Source: Minisyncoccota bacterium
GTDB lineage: Bacteria; Patescibacteriota; Minisyncoccia; 2-02-FULL-40-12; GWA2-44-9
Direction: 5' to 3'
NCBI GenBank assembly: GCA_018062285.1
Contig: JAGOSO010000001.1
Span: 100,137-164,136 of the forward strand
DNA length: 64,000 nucleotides
A model generated the notes under the pieces. That model saw only the letters and a program-made list of their open reading frames with translations, had not been told where the DNA came from and ran no database searches. Positions 39,702 through 47,995 of the stretch are shown piece after piece. Both the position numbers and the translations under genes were made by a program. Each line of letters starts with the position of its first letter. Within the stretch, counting starts at the first letter, position 1.

Positions 39702-40106
39702 CTAGGCCAGAGCAACCATCAAGATGATGGCCAATCCTGATATCACGTGCCATACGGAATGAGAATAACTAAACATTCCGTAGTGTTTTGTTTTGAAAAA
39801 AATATGGTCAATTATCCTAAAAGAAACCAGCAACGAAAGAAAGACTATGATATTCAAGTCGTACTGGATTTTAAGGATATAAAAAACGTAAAAAAGAAGA
39901 ATCGCGCCAAAGGTCCAATCTAGAGCCTTAAAGTTAAAGTTCTTAAAGTTGTTATGGTAAGCAACTGAAAAAACAGTTACAGCGAAAAGGAGAATAGCGA
40001 GATAAACGTTTTTATTAAAAACAGCTAGACCAGCCAACAAATACACCAAAGAAGAAGCACAGAGAAGATGAGTATTGTACTTCCTGGATTTAAGAAGTTT
40101 ATTCAT
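39702..40106 (-). CDS. Hypothetical membrane protein (start at MNKLLKSRKY...)
   Basis: Four TM helices; the longer tracked ORF overlaps the upstream gene. Confidence 0.5.
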   Translation of the reverse strand: MNKLLKSRKYNTHLLCASSLVYLLAGLAVFNKNVYLAILLFAVTVFSVAYHNNFKNFNFKALDWTFGAILLFYVFYILKIQYDLNIIVFLSLLVSFRIIDHIFFKTKHYGMFSYSHSVWHVISGLAIILMVALA

Positions 40107-40120
40107 AATATGGACTAATT

Positions 40121-40354
40121 TTATCTTCTTTTTATCAAGGTAAAAATAGCAATAACCCCCCATGTGACCTGTAGGGCCAGAGCTGGCCATGCCTGCTGAT
40201 GAAAGACATTAACGCCAACACATATGGCGCCGATCAAATTTACAGCTTGGTATACATTACTATCACCACTGACCTTTTTATAAGAGACAAGAAAATAAGC
40301 AGCAACAATAAGGAGTGTCCCTGCCCACCCAACGGTTTGTATTAGTATCTCCAT
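40121..40354 (-). CDS. Small membrane protein (77 aa)
   Basis: Two TM helices. Confidence 0.4.
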   Translation of the reverse strand: MEILIQTVGWAGTLLIVAAYFLVSYKKVSGDSNVYQAVNLIGAICVGVNVFHQQAWPALALQVTWGVIAIFTLIKRR

Positions 40355-40356
40355 TC

Positions 40357-40431
40357 TGGTGCACTCGAGAGGAATCGAACCTCTATCAGTAGCTCCGCAA
40401 GCTACCGTCCTATCCGTTGAACGACGAGTGC
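40357..40431 (-). tRNA. tRNA-Arg(GCG), an unusual anticodon
   Basis: GCACTCGTCGTTCAACGGATAGGACGGTAGCTTGCGGAGCTACTGATAGAGGTTCGATTCCTCTCGAGTGCACCA; anticodon loop TTGCGGA; 4-nt variable loop; CCA encoded. Confidence 0.75.
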
Positions 40432-40564
40432 ATATGACTAAAGCTTAACTACTTTAACATATTTTTATGGCTTTGCCCAGACTAGGACGAATTTTTACCT
40501 TTCATCAAAACAAGACAATTACTCTTGTCACATAATCGGACCGCCCGGCTGAATCTTTGACAAG

Positions 40565-40593
40565 TTTACATCGGTCCCACTACCAGTTATAAT
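40565..40593 (+). promoter_or_regulatory. Promoter for recG, probably giving a leaderless mRNA
   Basis: TTTACA-17nt-TATAAT with the -10 ending 1 nt before the annotated ATG (40595) and 10 nt before the next in-frame ATG (40604). Confidence 0.45.
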
Positions 40594-40594
40594 A

Positions 40595-42778
40595 ATGGCC
40601 ATTATGACCGACCTTCAATTACCGGTCGAAAGACTGAGAAATGTTGGTGCCCGCAACCTCCCCCGCTTACACAAGTTGGGCATTAAAACTCTCCGAGACT
40701 TACTTCTTCATATCCCTGCTCGCTACGAAGACTATAGCCAGATAATCCCTATTTCCGATTTATCTTTTGAACAAAAGGCAACCATCCAAGGGACTGTTGT
40801 TAAGATTGATAGTCGTAGAATTTTCCCCCGTCGACTCGTTATCATTGAAGCTATTATCCAAGACGACTCTGGCTCTATTAAAGCAGTATGGTTTAATCAA
40901 CCCTATATCGCCACAACCCTGACAGAAGGTACTAGAGTAAGCCTGGCAGGCACTGTGAAGTTAGACAAGCGAGGACTATACATGGCCAGCCCAAGCTATG
41001 AAAAACTGCACCATGACGACTATCTTGCATATCACCTGACCCACACACATGGACTAATCCCCGTGTACCCAGAGACCGAAGGGGTAACATCTAAATATCT
41101 TCGTTTTTTAATTAAACCTCTTCTTACTGAGTTGGAAATAGACGACTACATGTCTGAGGAATCACGAGAAAGAAATGGCCTCATAGATCTGACAACGGCT
41201 CTTCAAAAGATCCACTATCCTCTAAGTATTGCAGAAGCGGAACAAGCGAAAGAACGCTTGGCTTTTGATGATTTGCTACTATTCCAAATCAAGGCTCTTT
41301 TAGAGCGCCGAAAAATCAATCAGCTCAAATCCCAGAATATTCCTTTTGACAAAGACTTCGTAACTGACTTCGTAAAACGATTACCATTTGAATTAACTAA
41401 AGACCAAAAGGTGGCAGCCTGGGAAGTGCTAAAAGACCTTGAAAAGTCATATCCGATGAACCGTTTGATGGAGGGCGATGTGGGCTCGGGCAAGACTGTG
41501 GTGGCTCTTATTGCTGCTATCCAAACCGCTCAGTCTGGATACCAAACGGTATTCATGGCCCCGACTGAAGTTTTGGCTTTGCAGCACATGGAAACAATCC
41601 GTAAGCTTGTGGCTCATACCAATATTGAAGTTGGTTTATTAACGAGCTCTACTTTCTGGACCACATACAGTCTGGGCAATAAGGCTGAAATAAAAAGAAG
41701 GATTGCTTCTGGTCAAACAAAGATTATTATTGGTACTCATGCTCTTATACAAAAAGATGTTAGCTTCAACAATCTGGCCCTTGTGGTAGTTGATGAGCAG
41801 CATCGTTTTGGCGTAGCCCAAAGAGCTAGCCTAGTTAAGAATAAAGAGCTCGTTCCACATTTATTGTCCATGACTGCAACCCCTATCCCTCGCACTCTTG
41901 CTCTAACAATTTATGGCGACTTAGACATATCAATAATTAAGGAAAAACCTAAGAATAGACAGAAGATTATTACCAAAATAGTACCTCCTTCAGGGCGGCA
42001 AGAAGCCTATCATTTTATACGTTCTGAAGTAAAAAATGGTCGACAAGTCTTTGTTATATGCCCCAGAATTGAGGTTCAGAAACCAGAACAAACTAATGAC
42101 GCAGTAATAAAGCCAGAGCATGGTTCAGTACCAAATGCACCCGTTTCAAAAAAACCACAAAAACAATCTAAATTTGTCGGACTCGATGCTGAGATGAAAG
42201 CTGTTCAAGAAGAATACAAAAAATTGTCAGAATTTGTCTTCCCTGACCTCAAGGTTGGCATGCTCCACGGGAAAATGAAGCCCAAAGAAAAAAATGAAAT
42301 CATGAATCGATTCAAGGAAGGGTTCACGGACATCCTTGTCTCGACCTCAGTCATCGAAGTTGGTATCGATGTTTCAAATGCGACAGTAATGATGATTGAA
42401 AATTCTGACCACTTTGGTCTCGCCCAACTTCACCAGTTCAGAGGACGCATAGGACGAGGCGAACACCAGTCGACCTGCCTGCTCTTTACTTCTGGGGCGG
42501 AGAAAACTAGTAATCAAAGATTGAAGGCTTTGGTCTCTACTGACGACGGTTTCTTGTTGGCCGAAAAAGACATGGCCATTCGAGGCCCGGGTGAGTTTTT
42601 TGGCACCGGCCAGTCTGGCCTCCCCGACTTAGCCATGGCCGCCCTCGCCAATGTCGAACTTATCAAGAAATCTCGAGCCGAAGCTAGACTGATTCTGACC
42701 GAGGACCAGAACCTAACCAAACATCCCACTCTAAAACAACAGCTCCTAAGATTCCAAACTATCATTCATTTTGAATAG
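40595..42778 (+). CDS. recG: ATP-dependent DNA helicase RecG
   Basis: Wedge domain, Walker A GDVGSGKT, DEQHRFGV, HQFRGRIGRG helicase motifs; true start may be Met-4 (40604). Confidence 0.9.
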   Translation: MAIMTDLQLPVERLRNVGARNLPRLHKLGIKTLRDLLLHIPARYEDYSQIIPISDLSFEQKATIQGTVVKIDSRRIFPRRLVIIEAIIQDDSGSIKAVWFNQPYIATTLTEGTRVSLAGTVKLDKRGLYMASPSYEKLHHDDYLAYHLTHTHGLIPVYPETEGVTSKYLRFLIKPLLTELEIDDYMSEESRERNGLIDLTTALQKIHYPLSIAEAEQAKERLAFDDLLLFQIKALLERRKINQLKSQNIPFDKDFVTDFVKRLPFELTKDQKVAAWEVLKDLEKSYPMNRLMEGDVGSGKTVVALIAAIQTAQSGYQTVFMAPTEVLALQHMETIRKLVAHTNIEVGLLTSSTFWTTYSLGNKAEIKRRIASGQTKIIIGTHALIQKDVSFNNLALVVVDEQHRFGVAQRASLVKNKELVPHLLSMTATPIPRTLALTIYGDLDISIIKEKPKNRQKIITKIVPPSGRQEAYHFIRSEVKNGRQVFVICPRIEVQKPEQTNDAVIKPEHGSVPNAPVSKKPQKQSKFVGLDAEMKAVQEEYKKLSEFVFPDLKVGMLHGKMKPKEKNEIMNRFKEGFTDILVSTSVIEVGIDVSNATVMMIENSDHFGLAQLHQFRGRIGRGEHQSTCLLFTSGAEKTSNQRLKALVSTDDGFLLAEKDMAIRGPGEFFGTGQSGLPDLAMAALANVELIKKSRAEARLILTEDQNLTKHPTLKQQLLRFQTIIHFE

Positions 42779-42896
42779 TATGCTGGGCCATTCCTCGACT
42801 TAGGCAGATTTTATCTCTAGAAACAAAACCTTAATAAGCCTTATAAAAATATACCTATAAATTTATAACCCTTATTAAGGTTTGTGCAAATTAAAA

Positions 42897-42949
42897 GGCC
42901 CCGACACAGGAGGCTCCACTCCAAGTGTGAGGCCTTTCTGTTTCGGGGC
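42897..42949 (-). terminator. Large GC-rich intrinsic terminator
   Basis: Minus strand GCCCCGAAACAG...CTGTGTCGGGGC (12-bp stem, one mismatch) followed by CTTTTAA; starts 8 nt after the stop of the small basic ORF. Confidence 0.65.
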
Positions 42950-42956
42950 AAACCTT

Positions 42957-43082
42957 CTACTTCTGGTGAACCGGCCCTCTCTTGGGCGGACAACCCAACA
43001 TGTTCTGATTGTTACGGCGCCGAAGTTTCAAGAGCAGTCTCGTGAAGAGTGGTTTCTTCTTGACGGCTTTGTTCGCTGGCAT
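42957..43082 (-). CDS. Small highly basic protein (41 aa)
   Basis: MPANKAVKKKPLFTRLLLKLRRRNNQNMLGCPPKRGPVHQK; perfect SD GGAGGAG 5 nt upstream; immediately followed by a strong terminator; downstream of the GT2 gene. Confidence 0.45.
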   Translation of the reverse strand: MPANKAVKKKPLFTRLLLKLRRRNNQNMLGCPPKRGPVHQK

Positions 43083-43146
43083 CTGGTCTCCTCCATCTAA
43101 AACTTGTCTAGGGTTTATATCACGCCCTTTAGCAAAAACCAATACC

Positions 43147-44697
43147 CTATTTCCGATCCTTAGGAGTTACCCAAAAACCCATATACCAGCCGAACATTAA
43201 TCGGGTCTGGGCATCAAGAGCTGGGATGGCCCCAAAGAGAATAAAATTCACAGGGAAAAGGAGCCACTGCAAAGCCATCCAGACCCATTTAAATTTACCG
43301 TATTGGGGTGGCTTCTCTGGCAATAAAATAATACTCATCATTGCAGAAGTGACCAATCCAAGAAGGGCCAAGTTCATGATGGCGCTTGTAATGCGAGGAA
43401 GATTATAAGAAAGAATTGAGGTGGTAAAGTGTAGCCCCCCAACCCATAGAGGTAGCCAACTTAGCAAGAAAATTATTAATGCGTTAGTTGGACTAGAGTG
43501 GGTTCTCTCAATCTGGATAAAGGCCTGACCAATCTTTTGAGTCTTGGGTATATTTTTATTCTTCAAAAAACCAAACATGAAATAGGGATTGTTCTCCGCC
43601 CCGTAGTGCCAGCGCCTAATCTGCTTATATTGATTCTTAAGAGTCTGCCAAAAACTGGAGGCCACATTGGCATCCATATAAACCGGATAGTGCATAGGCA
43701 CAGTTTGCCAGTCACCATCATAGCGCAATAGGCACTGCCAATAGATGCGGGAGTCTTCACTGACAACATTCTTTTGCCAGAAGCCGACATCAACAAGGGC
43801 CTGATACCCCACCGAGTGAGAGGAAAAAGTTACCATCTGTTCCTTGCGGGCCTGCTGAATCATTTGCCAGAAAGTTGTCGAGAAAGCAAAGACACGAGCA
43901 AAGGCTGGCGCCTCCCAAATGTTATTAGTAAAAATTGGAATTGGTTGAAACGAAGAATGCAGTGGATCAACAGCGGTTAAATAGTTCCATGACAAACAAG
44001 CAAAAAAATCAGAAGGCACAACCGTATCAATATCAAAAACAGAAACAATAATTTGCTTGTATGGGATAGACAAGGGATCTATCACCTCTCTCTTTACCTG
44101 CTCCCCCGCCCAAGCCTCATTCGAACCCTTGCCCGCCAATTCGCCAGCAATATTATCTGGATGTTGGGTGGCAACAAATTTGAAGAAAGCATTACCAAAT
44201 TCAGCTTCAGCCAAACGAGCCAACTCAACACCATGCTCCCCTGCTCGCTCTTCTGTAGCTAAAACTACAATCATTTTATCTTTAGAATAGTTAGCTTCAA
44301 AAAGAGCTCTTAAGCTATCGCGAACGATTGCATATGGTTCTTTGTAGGCAGGCAAGATTACTAGATGGTACAAATCAGAAGGACCAACACCTGGAAGCTT
44401 TGGGTTCTCTGCAACAGTCGCCAAACGAATAACCCAATCTATCTTAAGATTTTCCCTCATCTTCAAAAAAGAAGAGCGTGTTAAAACAGAGAGATAGGCC
44501 GTCTTAATCAACCAATAAATATCAAACAGAATTATAAAAAAAGTGGCAAAAACTGGAGCCTCAAAAGAAACCAGGACAACAAGACCCAAAGTTAACCATG
44601 CCAAAAATCCTGGAAGAATTTCCAGGAGACGATAGATTCGGCGATCACCAGCATCTACCAAATCGAGAGCATTGCCAACGTGAAGATAGTCTTGCAT
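43147..44697 (-). CDS. Family-2 processive beta-glycosyltransferase (cellulose/chitin/hyaluronan-synthase-like)
   Basis: 516 aa, multi-TM; ILPAYKEP (D,D,D motif region), DxD, and QIRRWHYG (QxxRW processivity motif). Confidence 0.8.
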   Translation of the reverse strand: MQDYLHVGNALDLVDAGDRRIYRLLEILPGFLAWLTLGLVVLVSFEAPVFATFFIILFDIYWLIKTAYLSVLTRSSFLKMRENLKIDWVIRLATVAENPKLPGVGPSDLYHLVILPAYKEPYAIVRDSLRALFEANYSKDKMIVVLATEERAGEHGVELARLAEAEFGNAFFKFVATQHPDNIAGELAGKGSNEAWAGEQVKREVIDPLSIPYKQIIVSVFDIDTVVPSDFFACLSWNYLTAVDPLHSSFQPIPIFTNNIWEAPAFARVFAFSTTFWQMIQQARKEQMVTFSSHSVGYQALVDVGFWQKNVVSEDSRIYWQCLLRYDGDWQTVPMHYPVYMDANVASSFWQTLKNQYKQIRRWHYGAENNPYFMFGFLKNKNIPKTQKIGQAFIQIERTHSSPTNALIIFLLSWLPLWVGGLHFTTSILSYNLPRITSAIMNLALLGLVTSAMMSIILLPEKPPQYGKFKWVWMALQWLLFPVNFILFGAIPALDAQTRLMFGWYMGFWVTPKDRK

Positions 44698-44745
44698 GTT
44701 TAACGCTAATTAAACCACAATTTTAAGATTTAAGCAACCACTGGT

Positions 44746-45696
44746 TTAGCCTAGAACCAAAGAGAATAGACCATCTTCAAGATCCCTCTTGCCCTGCTTT
44801 GTCCCCTGCTCCAAATCAACCACTCGCTGATATAAATCTTTTAGCTCAGTCAAAGAAAACCGATTAATCGCCGGGGTCATTTTTTTAATCACAAAAGGGT
44901 GGATGCCAGATTTTTTAGATATCTCGGAAGGAGGAATGTTTCGATCGACAAAGTCCTTAACAATTAGCATGTTACGGAACTGGTATATAACCATTGATAG
45001 CAGGTAATAGGGATCACGACCAAAGGCTAACTCGCCACTCAAAAGCGAAAAAGCTTGGGGGCGCCTGCCCGCCCCAAGAGCCTCAATAAATTCAAAAACA
45101 TTTGGCTCGCTCTCGGTTTGAATAAGCAGATTGATATCCGAGATACTCACTACCCCTCCAGTATAGCCAGCCAGCTTGTCGAGATTGTTTATACGAGACC
45201 AACTGTCTACCCCTGCTACCGCCAAAAAACGAGAGATCGCGCCGGTGGCGAAAGTCACGCCACGAATAGAGGCTTCTTTTTTTAACCAAGTTTGCAACTG
45301 TACTCCTTCAAGAGCCACAAAATTACGGACTAGGTTTTTCGAATCAGATAAAAAAGACAAGAATTCTTTTGGTTTGGCCTGAGCAGCCGTTCCAGAATGA
45401 GTTGCCAAAACCACAACACCCTTATCGCCAACCAAATCGTACTTAACAAAAAGCTCATGCAGCTCCTCGGCCATTTTTAAATTACTAAAAATATTAGAAA
45501 CTAGAATCAATTTTACTTCACTGAACAGCGAAACGCTCTTAATCGCAGATGCCACGTCAGCACCAGCCGAAGCAGATGCGCCATCAACCCTAAAAAAATT
45601 AAAACCACTGCCATGTTTGGCTTGGTAACTTTTGATAACCGATTCTCGGTTTTCAATTAGACGATAGGTATCTTCTCCGGAAAGAAATATAATCAT
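44746..45696 (-). CDS. holA: DNA polymerase III delta subunit
   Basis: 316 aa; N-terminal clamp-loader delta fold pattern (IIFLSGEDTYRL...LILVSNIF...) and C-terminal helical domain. Confidence 0.7.
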   Translation of the reverse strand: MIIFLSGEDTYRLIENRESVIKSYQAKHGSGFNFFRVDGASASAGADVASAIKSVSLFSEVKLILVSNIFSNLKMAEELHELFVKYDLVGDKGVVVLATHSGTAAQAKPKEFLSFLSDSKNLVRNFVALEGVQLQTWLKKEASIRGVTFATGAISRFLAVAGVDSWSRINNLDKLAGYTGGVVSISDINLLIQTESEPNVFEFIEALGAGRRPQAFSLLSGELAFGRDPYYLLSMVIYQFRNMLIVKDFVDRNIPPSEISKKSGIHPFVIKKMTPAINRFSLTELKDLYQRVVDLEQGTKQGKRDLEDGLFSLVLG

Positions 45697-46703
45697 TGCC
45701 AGGTTGGGTTTATCTCAATCCAAATTTTACCAGGTTCAAACTTAATTTCTTCACCACTGGAATTATAGAAGTATAGTTTCGAATCAAGCTTGGCGGGATC
45801 CTTCTTCCAGGTGCCAGTCATTTTTACCCCATCTTGATACACCTCAGCACTTCCCTCTCCGGTTGTATTGACCACGATGTATTGGTCCCCCTTATACAAA
45901 ATATGTGAAGTAGTGTTCATCACAGCGATAACACTAGCAGAAACTTGCTTACCGGTATTTTTATCTACCTCTGGCTCACCACCGCGCTTTCGACTATAAA
46001 GATTTGAGTTTTGATCGTAGGACCAAACAACATCGTTTGGTGATGGGTAAGGCAAAGTAATAGTTGTCGCAATGTTGGAAATATTTTTAGATGGCTTTTT
46101 GTCTGCCCTAGGATATCCAGCAAAATCTTTGGTCAAATCATAACTAAAATCCTTTGCTTGTTTGGATAACAAATCTAAGGTTGTAAAACCATTATGTGGG
46201 GGCTTGATGCCGGACTTGCGATAAAAAATAGTACCGTCAAACTGAAGAGCATTAATATTGTCGGTGACATGCTGATTCAACTGATCAAGAGCGCTGTGCT
46301 CACCTCCCCAGTGGGCATATACAGTATCGAAGCCTGCTGCCAAAGGAATGAAGTCTTCTCGAGCAGAACGAATTGAGCCAATCTCTTTTGGTGTTTCGCA
46401 CTGAAACACTGCCATGAACCGAGTAATACCATTTGGTGTAACAGGCATCTCAACCACTAAGTCTGCACTACCAATACCAGAAAGTGGGCGTGCCTCAGGA
46501 TCAGAAGCCATCATCACTGCCACTGGCCGGCGTTGTGCAGTATCACAATTCAACCCAGCAATTGAACTTGGTGTCTTTGGCACATCATTCTTAACAGAGT
46601 TTCCAATTGTAAAACTATGACCCGAACTAAAAGCCCAGATCAATACGGCAACTAGCACCAAGCCAACACCTATCCAAATAAATTTTTTATGTTTTTGCGT
46701 CAT
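45693..46703 (-). CDS. DUF3048-domain lipoprotein (YerB-like)
   Basis: Start at MTQKHKKFIWIGVGL; RPVAVMMASDPEARPLSGIGSADLVVEMPVTPNGITRFMAVF matches DUF3048. Confidence 0.75.
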   Translation of the reverse strand: MTQKHKKFIWIGVGLVLVAVLIWAFSSGHSFTIGNSVKNDVPKTPSSIAGLNCDTAQRRPVAVMMASDPEARPLSGIGSADLVVEMPVTPNGITRFMAVFQCETPKEIGSIRSAREDFIPLAAGFDTVYAHWGGEHSALDQLNQHVTDNINALQFDGTIFYRKSGIKPPHNGFTTLDLLSKQAKDFSYDLTKDFAGYPRADKKPSKNISNIATTITLPYPSPNDVVWSYDQNSNLYSRKRGGEPEVDKNTGKQVSASVIAVMNTTSHILYKGDQYIVVNTTGEGSAEVYQDGVKMTGTWKKDPAKLDSKLYFYNSSGEEIKFEPGKIWIEINPTWQ

Positions 46704-46708
46704 ATATA

Positions 46709-47587
46709 CTATTTTATCACCTGGTGGACGGGGCAGAAATGCCCAGACCGACCAGCGAGCTTTAATCGCTCCATCACTCCCCCGTCTTTCTTGCGACACT
46801 TCTCACCAGTGCGATGATACGCATTATGCAAATTCTGGAAATTACCCTTCGCGCCAGAAGGCATTCGATAATCATCCATGCTCGAACCCTTGTGCTTAAT
46901 GGCCAATTCTAAAATATCCTGCATGGCCACATAAATCTTTTTTAAATCTTTATCATCTAGATGTTCCACTCGCGACATTGGGTGTAAGCCAACCTTCCAC
47001 AAAATCTCATCAGCGTAGATATTGCCGATACCAACGATAAAATGAGGGTCCATCAAAACCGGCTTCACTCTCCCCTTCTTCTTTTCGAATAACTTTTTAA
47101 AATCAACAAAAGAAACTTCCAGCGGCTCTGGACCCAATTCTCTAATTTCTTTTAAATCCATAACCTTATCATCATCAACCAAAACAATCTTCCCAAAGCG
47201 TCTTAAGTCAGACAAAGCCAATTGGTAACCATTATTTAAACCCATCACTACTCTAATATATTGATTGTTCCGATCGTCGTACATCGGCCCCTTAATCTGG
47301 CTCTGCCATTTGCCATCGATGAATTTCCATTTCCCATACAACAAATGGCCCGACATCTTCTGGTGAATAAAAAGGGTCTTCTTGCCTTCAATATCCAAAA
47401 CGATATATTTGGCTCTACGACGAACAGTTAATATCTTCTTGTTCTTAATTTGTTTATTAAAATTCTCTAATCCCCCGGCCTGTTGAATGGTCTTAGGCCA
47501 GTCTGCCCAAGCATCCTTAAAACGCAGACCAACTAAGTCTTTTCGCAACTCACGCACAATTGTTTCTACTTCTGGAAGTTCTGGCAT
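46709..47587 (-). CDS. mutM: Formamidopyrimidine-DNA glycosylase (Fpg/Nei family)
   Basis: MPELPEVETI catalytic N-terminus; H2TH; C-terminal zinc finger CRKKDGGVMERLKLAGRSGHFCPVHQ. Confidence 0.9.
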   Translation of the reverse strand: MPELPEVETIVRELRKDLVGLRFKDAWADWPKTIQQAGGLENFNKQIKNKKILTVRRRAKYIVLDIEGKKTLFIHQKMSGHLLYGKWKFIDGKWQSQIKGPMYDDRNNQYIRVVMGLNNGYQLALSDLRRFGKIVLVDDDKVMDLKEIRELGPEPLEVSFVDFKKLFEKKKGRVKPVLMDPHFIVGIGNIYADEILWKVGLHPMSRVEHLDDKDLKKIYVAMQDILELAIKHKGSSMDDYRMPSGAKGNFQNLHNAYHRTGEKCRKKDGGVMERLKLAGRSGHFCPVHQVIK

Positions 47588-47590
47588 AAA

Positions 47591-47995
47591 TTATTTTCTA
47601 ACAATTTCATGCTTGAACCACTTCTCTTGAAAATTGACAGCCTTATCAATCTCCTCATCAGTCATATCTATCCCCTCTGGTACAACTACTAATTTATCAT
47701 CATCATTTTCCAACCTATGGATAACTGCAATCACGACACCCTTTGCCCTAGATAGAGATTCCGTAGTGCCAAAATAATAAGCATCAAGATCTTCACCGTC
47801 TGGAGCTTCTACACCCTCTATATACCCGTAGTTAGCCTCATAAATAAAATCGTGTTTCGGATGCTTGCTCCCCATTGGTCTATCCATCGCAACCTCAACG
47901 AATTCACCGAGAAACTGTCGAGAAATTTCGAGAGACTTGGATTCTTTTAATTCTTGATTTTCTTTGTTCATTATATTTATTTCATCTCGCTCCAA
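47591..47995 (-). CDS. Inorganic pyrophosphatase-like short protein (divergent/truncated paralog)
   Basis: YEANYGYIEGVEAPDGEDLDAYYFG resembles the PPase NYG...DGDPLD core, but only 134 aa. Confidence 0.4.
   Translation of the reverse strand: MERDEINIMNKENQELKESKSLEISRQFLGEFVEVAMDRPMGSKHPKHDFIYEANYGYIEGVEAPDGEDLDAYYFGTTESLSRAKGVVIAVIHRLENDDDKLVVVPEGIDMTDEEIDKAVNFQEKWFKHEIVRK

Noticed and set aside
42779-43146. 370-nt recG-GT2 intergenic region as a long ncRNA (6S/RNase P/tmRNA)
   Set aside because: It is better explained by a 41-codon basic ORF with a perfect SD plus a large terminator hairpin. No RNase P, tmRNA or SRP conserved boxes were found.
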